Of a DNA stretch of 64,000 nucleotides, positions 25,281 through 34,741 are shown piece by piece. The stretch is taken from positions 20,880 through 84,879 of the forward strand of contig CANRBC010000004.1 in NCBI GenBank assembly GCA_947628755.1, read 5' to 3'. Every line of letters begins with the position of its first letter. Position 1 is the first letter of the stretch. The notes below the pieces were generated by a model. That model saw only the letters and a program-made list of their open reading frames with translations, was not told the origin of the DNA and searched no databases. The translations under genes and the position numbers were made by a program. The stretch comes from an uncultured Clostridia bacterium. Its GTDB lineage: Bacteria; Bacillota; Clostridia; Lachnospirales; CAG-274.

Positions 25281-26270
25281 CTATTTTTCATAACCGTTAG
25301 GGTGAGAGCTATGCCACCTCCACGCCGTTTCTATTATCTGAGAAAGGGTGTTGAAACGAGGCTGCCAGCCAAGCTCCTTTATAGCTTTTTCACTTGAAGC
25401 AATAAGCGTAGATGGGTCTCCGGGACGCCTGTCCTCTATGACAGCCTTTATTTCCCTGCCCGTTACTCTTCTGGCCTCCTCTACGACCTCCTTTACGCTG
25501 AAGCCCTTGCCGTTGCCAAGATTATACACGGCGCTTGTATTGTCCTTGAATAGCTTTTCTATTGCCTTGATATGGGCGTCTGCCAAATCCGTAATATGTA
25601 TATAATCTCTTATGCAAGTGCCGTCGGGCGTGGGATAGTCGTCGCCGAATATAGCTATCCTTTCTCTCTTACCCAAAGCAGTCTGCAATATAATAGGTAT
25701 AAGATGACTTTCGGGGTCGTGGTCCTCCCCTATCTCACCGGAGATATGAGCGCCTGCCGCATTGAAATAACGCAGAGCGACATACTTTATGCCGTATGCA
25801 TTATCGCTCCACTTAAGTATCTTTTCAACAGTCAGCTTGCTTTCGCCGTAGGGGTTGGTGGGAACTGTGGAATCGCTTTCCACAATAGGTATGCTCTCAG
25901 GCTCGCCGTAGGTGGCGGCAGTTGAGGAAAATACTATTTTTTTCACTCCTGCCCTGTTCATAGCCTCCAGAAGCCTTATAGTGCCGTATACATTGTTGTC
26001 AAAATATTTCAAGGGTTCTGTTACGCTTTCGCCTACAAGTGAAAACGCTGCAAAGTCTATTACGGCGTCTATATTGTTTTCTCCGAATACCTTATCCAGA
26101 AATTCCGCATCTCTCAAATCGCCCTTATAAAATTTTGCCTCTCTGTGGACCGCCGCCCTGTGTCCCTTTACAAGATTATCCGCCACAACCACGCTGTGAC
26201 CCTGTTCTATAAGCTCATAGACCGTGTGAGAGCCTATGTAGCCTGCTCCTCCGCATACAAGTACGTTCAT
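25281..26270 (-). CDS. galE: UDP-glucose 4-epimerase
   Basis: [17 protein letters not shown] Rossmann start preceded by aaaggagg, and a YxxxK region (YGESKL). The 70 codons upstream in the track ORF are a translation of a repeat element. Confidence 0.9.
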   Translation of the reverse strand: MNVLVCGGAGYIGSHTVYELIEQGHSVVVADNLVKGHRAAVHREAKFYKGDLRDAEFLDKVFGENNIDAVIDFAAFSLVGESVTEPLKYFDNNVYGTIRLLEAMNRAGVKKIVFSSTAATYGEPESIPIVESDSTVPTNPYGESKLTVEKILKWSDNAYGIKYVALRYFNAAGAHISGEIGEDHDPESHLIPIILQTALGKRERIAIFGDDYPTPDGTCIRDYIHITDLADAHIKAIEKLFKDNTSAVYNLGNGKGFSVKEVVEEARRVTGREIKAVIEDRRPGDPSTLIASSEKAIKELGWQPRFNTLSQIIETAWRWHSSHPNGYEK

Positions 26271-26300
26271 ACTCTTTCCTCCTTTTTTGTTGTTATGTAT

Positions 26301-26329
26301 ATAATACCGCTTTTCGGGGAAATAGTCAA
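26301..26329 (-). promoter_or_regulatory. Candidate galE promoter (TTGACT-17 nt-TATTAT on the - strand)
   Basis: -35 is the reverse complement of 26324-26329 and -10 is the reverse complement of 26301-26306. It lies between repeat element A and galE. Confidence 0.5.
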
Positions 26330-26377
26330 TGCTCGAACGATTGGATAGTAGGTTGGAGGACATTATTTTTGTATTAT

Positions 26378-26668
26378 AACGACCCTTCCACCATGCTTCG
26401 CATGGTCCCCCTCCCCTCCGACGCCCTAACGGGCTAGGGGAGGCTGGGGTATTGGCAACAGCCCAAGTATCTTTTTTCAAAGTAAATAAGTGACTTTGGA
26501 AAACATATATCTAAGATGTCCCATCAGAGAAGATTCAGCACTTTGCCTGCGGCAAAGCCAGCCTGCGGCTGTCCGATAAATCTTTCGGTGCAAAGCCCCC
26601 TCCCCAGCACTTTTGCTACGCAAAAGTGCTGGGGAGGGGGACCGTCGATAGACGGTGGAAGGGTCGTT
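26378..26668. repeat. Structured intergenic element A: inverted pair of a two-hairpin module bounded by a perfect 15-bp terminal inverted repeat
   Basis: Left end aacgacccttccacc (26378-26392) and right end ggtggaagggtcgtt (26654-26668). Hairpins lie at 26390-26406, 26410-26443, 26596-26640 (21-bp perfect stem) and 26641-26656. Further small hairpins lie at 26541-26557, 26559-26571 and 26573-26588. Confidence 0.8.
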
Positions 26669-26711
26669 CTAAAGCAAATACAATTCCGATATTACGATAA
26701 ACAAAAATTCA

Positions 26712-26766
26712 GTCATAAATAAAGCTGCCGCATTATGACTTTTGATAATAGTCATAATGCGGCAGC
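26712..26766 (-). terminator. Terminator of the lipoprotein gene
   Basis: 16-bp perfect stem gctgccgcattatgac / gtcataatgcggcagc, followed on the - strand by tttatttat. Confidence 0.7.
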
Positions 26767-26807
26767 CTCTCAAGCCGAGCATATTTTGCAGCAGTTTGCT
26801 TAAGGTC

Positions 26808-27248
26808 TTACTCTGCCGTAGCCAGATAGCCGCCCTCGGTCTCTGTCAGATTGATTGTAATACCCTTTACGCTTTCCGGGTCGAAATACATATCCTTGAA
26901 CTCTATTTCCTCGCCGTCGCACACAGCCTTGAAATCATAGCTTTCCAGATTGGAATTATAGCCTATTGTCACAGGCATAGTACCGCCGTTCATAACGGAG
27001 GTTCCTTCAAGAAGCTCCTCGCTCCAGCCCTGACCCGTGCTTATGTAAAGCTCGTTTATATCCTTGCCGCAGGTATTTACAACAAGACTTTCCACATTTA
27101 TGTTGTTGATATCAACGTGTTCCTCCGGTTCGGCTTCCGTAGTCTGAGGAGCGCTTTCCGTATCCTCCGGCGCTTGGGTATTTCCTCCGCAGGCGGCAAG
27201 TGAAAACACAAGCACTCCCGCAAAAGCTAAACTCAGTATTTTTTTCAT
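26808..27248 (-). CDS. Hypothetical lipoprotein
   Basis: Signal peptide with lipobox MKKILSLAFAGVLVFSLAAC|GG, then an acidic linker. Confidence 0.7.
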   Translation of the reverse strand: MKKILSLAFAGVLVFSLAACGGNTQAPEDTESAPQTTEAEPEEHVDINNINVESLVVNTCGKDINELYISTGQGWSEELLEGTSVMNGGTMPVTIGYNSNLESYDFKAVCDGEEIEFKDMYFDPESVKGITINLTETEGGYLATAE

Positions 27249-27344
27249 ATATGACCTCCTTAGTGTATTATGTATATGAATTATACCACGATTTAACAGC
27301 CCTATGTCATTAAATATTTCTTAAAATAGTTACATTTTTCGTCA

Positions 27345-28796
27345 TCAATGCTTGTGCATTTCAATATTTTCAAAGCCGTTTTCCATACAGTTTCGGACTA
27401 TTTCCGTTTTGTCCACATTTACATTCTTATCGAATACTCTCTTGCTTATAATAAGGTCGGTCTGCTTGCACGGACCGTTTACGCAGCCGCCCTCGCAGTT
27501 CATACCCTCTATTATATCCTCGGGCAGTCTGCCCAGCTTAAGCATCTGCAAAGCAACCTTACACTCTGCCCAGCCGTTGCAGGCTCTCAGCTTAGGCGGT
27601 TCAAGTCCCTTTTCTTCAAATACCTTGGCAACGGCGGCGGCAACGCCTCCGCTTCTGGCAAAGCCCTTGCCATAACGGGTAGCATCCTGCTCGGAATCCT
27701 CGTATTCCTCCGGATTAATTCCCTTTACCGTAAACATAGCGCCCAGCTCGTCAAAGGTCATGGCGGCGTTTATCTCGTCTATATACCGTGAAACGACCTC
27801 ATTCTTCTTGGCGATACAAGGACCTATGAACACTATTTCAGCATCGGGGTCTGTTGAGCGTATGAGCCTTGCCGTAGCCATCATAGGTGAAATCGTTGTA
27901 GAAACGCAGTCCTTTACCTCGGGATAGTGCTTATGTATCATATTGTAGAAGGCAGGACAGCAGGAGGTAGTCATTTTCTTGCCCTCCTGTATTTTTTCCG
28001 CCAGCTCCTCAGCCTCTCTCCATGCAACGGCGTCTGCGCCCAAAGCTACCTCGTAGCACTCCTTGAAGCCCAAATCTCTTATTGCGGCTCTTAAGGCTGG
28101 TATTGATGCCGTGCCGAACTGACCCTCTATGGAGGGAGCTATCATAGCATACACAGGCACGCCCATTCTTATGGAATTTATAACATTGGTCATCATTGAA
28201 ACCACACCTATGGCGCCGAAAGGACAATTCTGCACACACTGACCGCAGTTAAGACATCTGTTTGCATCTATTTTTGCCAAATCGTTGTCGTCCATATCTA
28301 CTGCCTCAACGGGACATGACTTTATGCAGGGTCTTTCTATATCCACTATGGCGTTGTAGGGACACGCCTTTACGCACTGACCGCATTTTTTGCACTTGGA
28401 CTTATCTATGTAGGCGCCGTGAGGCGTCTTTGTAATAGCGCCGAATTTACACGCCTTTATACACTTCTGTGCAAGACAGTTGTGGCAGTTGTTTGTAACC
28501 GTAAATCTGTCTATGGGACAGCCCTCGCAGGCAGCCTTCATAACATAGACTATCTGAGAACCGTTGTCGTTGGTATAGTGCAGTCCCGCAGGCAGACGTC
28601 CCATGCCGAGCCTTACTCTCTGCCTTAATATTTCTCTTTCTCTGTATACGCAGCAGCGGAAAGAGGGCTTAATAGGGTCGGTAAGCTCGTCGGGTATACC
28701 GTCCTTTTTGTCCTCTAAAGTACCCTCATAGGCATATTCCGCTATCTTACACAGCACAGCCATTTTTATTTGGTTGATATCGGTAATATTTTCCAT
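27345..28796 (-). CDS. [FeFe]-hydrogenase family protein with N-terminal 4Fe-4S ferredoxin domains
   Basis: H-cluster motifs TTSCCPAF (L1), GPCIAKKNE (L2) and EGMNCEGGCVNGPC (L3). Several CxxCxxCxxxCP ferredoxin motifs. Confidence 0.85.
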   Translation of the reverse strand: MENITDINQIKMAVLCKIAEYAYEGTLEDKKDGIPDELTDPIKPSFRCCVYREREILRQRVRLGMGRLPAGLHYTNDNGSQIVYVMKAACEGCPIDRFTVTNNCHNCLAQKCIKACKFGAITKTPHGAYIDKSKCKKCGQCVKACPYNAIVDIERPCIKSCPVEAVDMDDNDLAKIDANRCLNCGQCVQNCPFGAIGVVSMMTNVINSIRMGVPVYAMIAPSIEGQFGTASIPALRAAIRDLGFKECYEVALGADAVAWREAEELAEKIQEGKKMTTSCCPAFYNMIHKHYPEVKDCVSTTISPMMATARLIRSTDPDAEIVFIGPCIAKKNEVVSRYIDEINAAMTFDELGAMFTVKGINPEEYEDSEQDATRYGKGFARSGGVAAAVAKVFEEKGLEPPKLRACNGWAECKVALQMLKLGRLPEDIIEGMNCEGGCVNGPCKQTDLIISKRVFDKNVNVDKTEIVRNCMENGFENIEMHKH

Positions 28797-28824
28797 ATCG
28801 GCTCATCTCCTTTCGGCAATAATA

Positions 28825-29070
28825 CTATCGGTCAACGCCCAATATATTCTTGTCAAAAAATTCGTCTGCATTCTGCTCAGTAACGGAATAGACCTTGTTG
28901 TCCACCCTTACGGAAACTCCTTGATTAGAGCATTTCCCCATGCAGAAGGCTCCTCTCAGAGCGACCTTTCCCTCCAGATTCTCACTTCTGATACGGCTGT
29001 TCAGCTTATCTATGACAGCCTTTGAATTCTTAAGATGACATGAGCTGCCTACACATACATATATATCCAT
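28825..29070 (-). CDS. Thioredoxin-like [2Fe-2S] ferredoxin (NuoE/HymA-like small protein)
   Basis: Cysteine pattern CVGSSCH ... CMGKC in an 81-aa protein directly upstream of the hydrogenase gene. Confidence 0.65.
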   Translation of the reverse strand: MDIYVCVGSSCHLKNSKAVIDKLNSRIRSENLEGKVALRGAFCMGKCSNQGVSVRVDNKVYSVTEQNADEFFDKNILGVDR

Positions 29071-29084
29071 AAAGCATCCTCCTT

Positions 29085-29543
29085 TTATTTTTTGTCCTTA
29101 AGGAGCTTGCCCAGCTCCTTCATAAAGCTGTCTACATCTGTAAACTGACGATATACGGAGGCAAAGCGCACGTATGCCACCTCGTCAAGCTCCTTTAGTC
29201 TTTTCATTACCATTTCGCCTATTGCCTTGCTTTCTATCTCCTTTTTGGAGGAATTCATAATATCGTTTTCTATATCGTTTACAAGAGCCTCTACGTCCTC
29301 TCTTGAAACGGGTCTTTTGCTACAGCTTATAAGCACGCCCCTTATCAGCTTTTCTCTGTTGAAATTCTCCCGTGTATTGTCGGATTTTACAACGGTAAGG
29401 GGTATAGTATCAGGCTTTTCGTAGGTTGTGAACCTTTCGCCGCAGCCCTCGCAGAATCTGCGTCTTCTTATAACGGTATTATCCTCCATAGCTCTCGTAT
29501 CTATTACCTTGGTATCCTCTTTGCCGCAGAAAGGACATTTCAT
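29085..29543 (-). CDS. nrdR: Transcriptional repressor NrdR
   Basis: MKCPFCG...VIDTR Zn-ribbon plus an ATP-cone. Start chosen at MKCPFC, 9 nt after aaggag. The track ORF begins 3 codons earlier. Confidence 0.9.
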   Translation of the reverse strand: MKCPFCGKEDTKVIDTRAMEDNTVIRRRRFCEGCGERFTTYEKPDTIPLTVVKSDNTRENFNREKLIRGVLISCSKRPVSREDVEALVNDIENDIMNSSKKEIESKAIGEMVMKRLKELDEVAYVRFASVYRQFTDVDSFMKELGKLLKDKK

Positions 29544-29630
29544 ACACGTCATCTCCTTATTGTTAAATATGTATCATATATTAATAATAACAAATAATTG
29601 AAGTTTACACAAGTTTTTTATACGTATAAA

Positions 29631-29659
29631 TTGACAAATTATAAATTTTAGTTTATTAT
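29631..29659 (+). promoter_or_regulatory. Candidate thrC promoter (TTGACA-17 nt-TATTAT)
   Basis: ttgaca at 29631-29636 and tattat at 29654-29659, about 35 nt upstream of the thrC ATG. Confidence 0.5.
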
Positions 29660-29695
29660 AACTTATATTAAATTTATTTTAAATGAGGTATTGAT

Positions 29696-31159
29696 ATGAA
29701 TATTATGTTCAGAAGCACACGAGGCAGCAAAAATTATGTGACCGCAAGTCAGGCCATAGTAAAGGGCATTGCAGAGGACGGCGGACTTTACGTGCCCGAA
29801 AATATACCGCATATAGATTTTCCTCTTGAGGAAATAACCAAGTGGAGCTACAAAGAGCTTGCATACAATGTTCTTAAGCTGATTCTGACCGATTATACCG
29901 GCGACGAGCTTAAATACTGCATAGACTCCGCCTATGACGAAAAGTTTGACACAGAGCTTATCGCTCCCTTGGCAAGCGTCGGGGACAATAATTTTCTGGA
30001 GCTTTTCCACGGCAGAACCATTGCCTTTAAGGATATGGCTCTTTCAATACTGCCCTATCTCCTTAAGACAGCCGCAGTCAAAAACGGCGTAAAGGAAAAT
30101 ATAGTTATACTCACCGCCACAAGCGGCGATACGGGCAAGGCGGCTCTCGAGGGCTTTGCCGACGTAGAGGGCACTCAGATAATAGTATTTTTCCCCGAGG
30201 ACGGAGTTTCCGACGTACAGAAGGCGCAGATGGTAACTCAGCAGGGAGAAAACACATGCGTAGTCGGCATAAGAGGAAATTTCGACGACGCTCAGACAGC
30301 CGTTAAGAAAATATTTACCGACAACGAGCTTAAGGCAGAGCTTAAGGAAAAGGGCTATGTATTCTCATCAGCCAATTCTATCAACATAGGACGTCTTGCG
30401 CCTCAGATAGTATATTACTTCTATGCTTATGCTCAGATGGTAAAGGCAGGAAGGCTAAGTATGGGCGATAAAATAAACTTTACCGTGCCGACAGGCAATT
30501 TCGGAAATATACTGGCAGGCTACTATGCAGGCAAAATGGGTCTTCCTGTAAACAGGCTTATATGCGCCTCCAACGACAACAAGGTGCTTTATGACTTTTT
30601 CAGAACAGGCAAATATGATATAAACAGAGAATTTACAGTAACGGTATCTCCCTCAATGGATATACTTATTTCCTCCAACCTTGAAAGACTTCTGTATCAT
30701 CTCAGCAACAGTGACAGAACAAAAACCGTTATGTCAGAGCTTTCATCAAAGGGCAGCTATGAGTTTGGCATTGAGGACGAATTTACGGGAGAATACGCTA
30801 CCATTCCCGAAACCTTTAAGGCTATACACGACCTTTTTGCCGAAACAGGCTATGTAATGGATACCCATACGGCTGTTGCCAAAGCCTCCTATGACAAATA
30901 TCTGGCAGAGACCAAGGACAACACGCCAAACGTAATAGTATCCACCGCAAGCCCCTATAAATTTGCCAAGGATGTATTAAAGGCAATAGACGGCAAATAT
31001 GACAATGTAGACGCCTTTAAGGCTCTTGAAGTGTTAAGCGAGGTAAGCGGCACTGAAATACCCTCTCCCATAAAGGGCATAGACAAGAGAGAGGTGCTGC
31101 ACAAAACCGTTATAGACAGAGATGCTCTCAGAGAATTTGTAAAAAATAAATTAAATTAA
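29696..31159 (+). CDS. thrC: Threonine synthase (long form)
   Basis: MFRSTRG start, PLP-lysine region GRTIAFKDMALS, and a SSANSINIGRL motif. Confidence 0.9.
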   Translation: MNIMFRSTRGSKNYVTASQAIVKGIAEDGGLYVPENIPHIDFPLEEITKWSYKELAYNVLKLILTDYTGDELKYCIDSAYDEKFDTELIAPLASVGDNNFLELFHGRTIAFKDMALSILPYLLKTAAVKNGVKENIVILTATSGDTGKAALEGFADVEGTQIIVFFPEDGVSDVQKAQMVTQQGENTCVVGIRGNFDDAQTAVKKIFTDNELKAELKEKGYVFSSANSINIGRLAPQIVYYFYAYAQMVKAGRLSMGDKINFTVPTGNFGNILAGYYAGKMGLPVNRLICASNDNKVLYDFFRTGKYDINREFTVTVSPSMDILISSNLERLLYHLSNSDRTKTVMSELSSKGSYEFGIEDEFTGEYATIPETFKAIHDLFAETGYVMDTHTAVAKASYDKYLAETKDNTPNVIVSTASPYKFAKDVLKAIDGKYDNVDAFKALEVLSEVSGTEIPSPIKGIDKREVLHKTVIDRDALREFVKNKLN

Positions 31160-31200
31160 CTATTGACAAGCTACGTATTTTTAATATATACTTGAGTTAA

Positions 31201-31303
31201 GTAAAAGGGAGTAGCTTACAGCTATGGAAATTCCATACTGTATACGCTATCGTCAATACGGGTGAGAAGCCCCGGTACGTATCTTAAGAAGCAAGACTTT
31301 TAC
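31201..31303 (+). promoter_or_regulatory. yybP-ykoY (Mn2+) riboswitch aptamer
   Basis: Matches the recalled L. lactis/B. subtilis consensus. 5' side: aaaagggagtagc (AAAGGGGAGUAGC). Middle: gtcaatacgggtgagaagccccgg (GUCAAUUCGUGAG...CACCGG). 3' side: aagcaagacttttac (AGCAAGACCUUUCC). P1 is gtaaaag / cttttac. Confidence 0.7.
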
Positions 31304-31339
31304 TGTGTCCTTGTGATGCAGTAAAGGTCTTTTTTGTTT
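31294..31339 (+). terminator. Expression-platform terminator of the riboswitch
   Basis: agacttttactg (31294-31305) pairs with cagtaaaggtct (31319-31330), followed by tttttgttt. The left arm overlaps the 3' strand of aptamer P1. Confidence 0.75.
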
Positions 31340-31373
31340 CATGGGGACAAAATATAAAAGGAGGATTTCACAA

Positions 31374-32360
31374 ATGATGTATTTATGGTTAATCGTAGGT
31401 TTCGTATGTCTTATAAAGGGAGCGGATTTCTTTGTGGACGGCAGCAGCTCTATTGCAAAAATACTTAAGGTTCCCTCTATAATAATAGGACTTACAATAG
31501 TCGCAATGGGCACATCAGCGCCCGAAACGGCGGTAAGCATTTCCGCTGCCTTCAAGGGCGCAAATGAAATAGCCGTAAGCAATGTAGTCGGCTCTAACTT
31601 TTTCAATCTTCTTGTAGTGGTAGGCGTATGCGCTCTTATGCAGCCTGTAAACATTACAAAAGACCTTATAAAGAGAGATTACCCCGTTTCAATACTGGCA
31701 ACGGTGCTGCTTCTTGCACTGCTTCTGGCAGGCAGGCTCATAAACGGCGAGCCTAGCCTTTCAAACTGGTGCGGTATACTTATGCTTATATTCTTTGCTA
31801 TATATCTTATAACGCTTATTAAGTCTACACTTGCGGCAAGAGCGGCAGGCGCAGCTGCCGACGATGAGGACGAGATAAAGCAGCGTTCTCTTCCCGTCAG
31901 TATACTGCTTATATTGGTAGGTCTTGCAGGCGTTATAATAGGCGGCGACCTTGTAGTAGACAACGCCACGCTTATTGCCCAGGAATTCGGCATGAGCAAT
32001 ACTCTTATAGGTCTTACAATAGTTGCCATAGGCACATCTCTTCCCGAGCTTGTCACAAGTATTGTAGCCGCAAGGAAAAACGAAGCAGACCTTGCTCTCG
32101 GAAATGTAGTGGGCTCTAATATTTTCAACATACTTCTGGTGCTTGGTATATCCTCCTCCGTACACAGGATAACCGTAGGCTTCGATTCCGTTATAGACGT
32201 ATGTCTGCTTATTGCGGTAAATCTCATAGTGCTTGCCATAATACTCAAAAAGAGTACCGTCGGCAAGGGCATAGGCGCTTTTATGATACTTATGTACGTG
32301 CTCTACACCGCCTATATAATTTCCAGAAACTACGGCATGCTGCCGGAGTTCATGGTATAA
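31374..32360 (+). CDS. CaCA-family cation/Ca2+ exchanger (YrbG-like Na+/Ca2+ antiporter)
   Basis: Two alpha-repeat motifs, GTSAPETAVS and GTSLPELVTS, each followed by GNVVGSN.FN. Start at ATG 31374 after aaaggagg. Confidence 0.85.
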   Translation: MMYLWLIVGFVCLIKGADFFVDGSSSIAKILKVPSIIIGLTIVAMGTSAPETAVSISAAFKGANEIAVSNVVGSNFFNLLVVVGVCALMQPVNITKDLIKRDYPVSILATVLLLALLLAGRLINGEPSLSNWCGILMLIFFAIYLITLIKSTLAARAAGAAADDEDEIKQRSLPVSILLILVGLAGVIIGGDLVVDNATLIAQEFGMSNTLIGLTIVAIGTSLPELVTSIVAARKNEADLALGNVVGSNIFNILLVLGISSSVHRITVGFDSVIDVCLLIAVNLIVLAIILKKSTVGKGIGAFMILMYVLYTAYIISRNYGMLPEFMV

Positions 32361-32468
32361 TAAATAGGGTATTGATTTGCCTTATGTTTTTATATAAGCC
32401 GATATACAGACACACCTTTGACACCCACATTTTCGTCGGCTTACCTAACATTGATTCTAACAGCTTGA

Positions 32469-32503
32469 ACAGAGACTGTCTGATAGGCAGTCTCTGTTTT
32501 TTT
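32469..32503 (+). terminator. Terminator of the exchanger gene
   Basis: acagagactg-tctgatagg-cagtctctgt followed by ttttttt. Confidence 0.75.
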
Positions 32504-32671
32504 ATAGTTGAATTGCATAAAATATTTGTATATAAATATTCAAAACTAGTTAAAATAACACTGTACAATAATTGGAAATATGTGTTATAATAATACCATT
32601 GCTTGATATAACTTTCACAAACTTTTGTTATATCGATATATGTTTTATACAAGTATGAAAGGAGAAACAAA

Positions 32672-33880
32672 ATGTTAAACAAAAAATCCGTAGACGACTT
32701 AAATGTCAAGGGCAAGAGAGTTCTTGTAAGATGTGACTTTAACGTACCCTTACAGGACGGCGTTATTACCGACGAAAACAGAATAGTAGCATCTCTTCCC
32801 ACTATCCAGAAGTTAATAAACGACGGTGCAAAGGTGATACTTTGTTCTCATCTTGGTAAGCCAAAGGAGCCCTCTGCTGAGTTTTCTTTAGCTCCCGTTG
32901 CTAAGAGATTATCAGAAAAGTTAGGCAAGGAGGTAGTGTTTGCCGCTGACGACGAGGTAGTAGGTCCTAATGCCAAGGCTGCCGTTGCCGCTATGAAGGA
33001 CGGCGACGTCATACTTTTACAGAACACAAGATTCCGTAAGGAAGAAACAAAGAATATAGAGTCCTTCAGCAAGGATTTGGCTTCTCTTGCAGATGTTTAT
33101 GTAAACGACGCCTTTGGTTCATCACACAGAGCTCATTGCTCAACAGTAGGCGTAACAGAGTTTATAGACGAGTGCGCGGTAGGCTATCTTATGCAGAAGG
33201 AAATAGAATACTTAGGCAATGCCGTAAACAATCCTGCAAGACCCTTTGCGGCTATTATCGGCGGCGCTAAGGTAAGCAGCAAAATAGATGTTATCACTCA
33301 CCTTCTGGACAAGGTAGATATACTTATTATCGGCGGCGGTATGGGTTATACCTTCTTCAAGTCTATGGGCTATAACGTAGGCAAGAGTATCCTTGAGGAG
33401 GATAAGCTCGACGTTGCACGTGAGATAATCGCCAAGGCTAAGGAAAAGGGCGTTAAGTTCTATCTTTCAATAGATACAGTCGTTACAAGCCAGTTTGGTC
33501 AGGGCAATCCCAAGCACATTGTTGACAGACCCGAAGACCCAACAAAGCCTTATATCGGCGACGACGAGGAAGGCGTTGACATTGGCGTTAAGTCCAGAGC
33601 TCTCTTTGCAGATGCTTTAAAGGACGCTAAGACAGTAGTATGGAACGGACCTATGGGCGTATTCGAGGTACCCGATTATGCAGAGGGTACTAAGGCTATT
33701 GCCAAGACTCTTGCAGAGCTTGACGCCGTTACGATTATAGGCGGCGGAGATTCAGCCGCAGCTGTAAATCAGCTTGGTTTTGGCGACAAGATGAGCCATA
33801 TTTCCACAGGCGGCGGCGCTTCTCTTGAATTCCTTGAGGGCAAAGAGCTTCCCGGCGTAGCTGCTGCTGACGACAAATAA
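32672..33880 (+). CDS. pgk: Phosphoglycerate kinase
   Basis: [18 protein letters not shown], and a C-terminal [15 protein letters not shown]. Confidence 0.95.
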   Translation: MLNKKSVDDLNVKGKRVLVRCDFNVPLQDGVITDENRIVASLPTIQKLINDGAKVILCSHLGKPKEPSAEFSLAPVAKRLSEKLGKEVVFAADDEVVGPNAKAAVAAMKDGDVILLQNTRFRKEETKNIESFSKDLASLADVYVNDAFGSSHRAHCSTVGVTEFIDECAVGYLMQKEIEYLGNAVNNPARPFAAIIGGAKVSSKIDVITHLLDKVDILIIGGGMGYTFFKSMGYNVGKSILEEDKLDVAREIIAKAKEKGVKFYLSIDTVVTSQFGQGNPKHIVDRPEDPTKPYIGDDEEGVDIGVKSRALFADALKDAKTVVWNGPMGVFEVPDYAEGTKAIAKTLAELDAVTIIGGGDSAAAVNQLGFGDKMSHISTGGGASLEFLEGKELPGVAAADDK

Positions 33881-33978
33881 GCAAATTTAATATGTAATTT
33901 TTACTAAGGCTGTTGATTTTTCAACAGCCTTATAGTAAAATATTGGTAAAAATAATTACATAGGGAGGGTAAAATACC

Positions 33979-34728
33979 ATGAGAAAAAAAGTAGTTGCAG
34001 GCAACTGGAAAATGAATAAGACGCCCAAAGAGGCAGTAGCCCTTGTAGAGCTTCTTAAGGACAAAATAGACAGAGATGATGTTGATGTTGTGCTCTGTGT
34101 TCCCGCTATTGACATAACCGTTGTGGCAGACGCTATAAAGGGCACTAATATCAAGCTGGGAGCTGAGAATCTTCACTATGAGGACAGCGGAGCGTACACA
34201 GGCGAGATTTCAGCGCCTATGCTTGACGAGGTAGGCGCAGGCTATGTTATAATAGGTCACTCCGAGAGAAGAGATTATTTCAAGGAGAGAGACGACGCCG
34301 TTAATAAAAAGATATTAAAGGCATTTGAGTATAATATCACTCCTATTCTCTGTGTAGGCGAATCCCTTGAGGAAAGAGAAGACGGCATCACTATTGAGAA
34401 AATAAGAATGCAGGTCAAGAAGGGTATAAAGAACTGTACAGACGAGCAGGCTGAGAAAATCGTTATAGCTTACGAGCCTATATGGGCAATAGGCACAGGC
34501 AAGCACGCTACAAACGAGCAGGCGCAGGAGGTTTGCTCCGAAATAAGAAAGTGCGTAGCTGAAATGTACAGCGACGACGTTGCTCAGAAAACAAGAATAC
34601 TCTACGGCGGCAGCGTTAATGCAGCCAATTCCGCAGAGCTTTTCGCTATGCCCGATATAGACGGCGGTCTTGTAGGCGGCGCCAGTCTTAAGGAGGACTT
34701 TGCGGTAATAGTAAATTCCGCAGTTTAA
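33979..34728 (+). CDS. tpiA: Triosephosphate isomerase
   Basis: [32 protein letters not shown]. Confidence 0.95.
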   Translation: MRKKVVAGNWKMNKTPKEAVALVELLKDKIDRDDVDVVLCVPAIDITVVADAIKGTNIKLGAENLHYEDSGAYTGEISAPMLDEVGAGYVIIGHSERRDYFKERDDAVNKKILKAFEYNITPILCVGESLEEREDGITIEKIRMQVKKGIKNCTDEQAEKIVIAYEPIWAIGTGKHATNEQAQEVCSEIRKCVAEMYSDDVAQKTRILYGGSVNAANSAELFAMPDIDGGLVGGASLKEDFAVIVNSAV

Positions 34729-34741
34729 AAGGAGAAACAAA

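Noticed and set aside
26271-26722. The 70-codon N-terminal extension of the galE track ORF (to 26480) and the 68-aa ORF 26516..26722.
   Set aside because: Both are translations of the palindromic repeat element A, with Gly/Pro/Arg/Trp-rich junk sequence and no RBS. galE has a canonical start with an RBS at 26270 and its own promoter downstream of the element.
29553-29695. Checked the thrC upstream region for a T-box or amino-acid leader, and the nrdR side for NrdR boxes.
   Set aside because: The region is only about 140 nt and AT-rich, with a plausible promoter about 35 nt from the start codon. It has no specifier hairpin, T-box motif or terminator.
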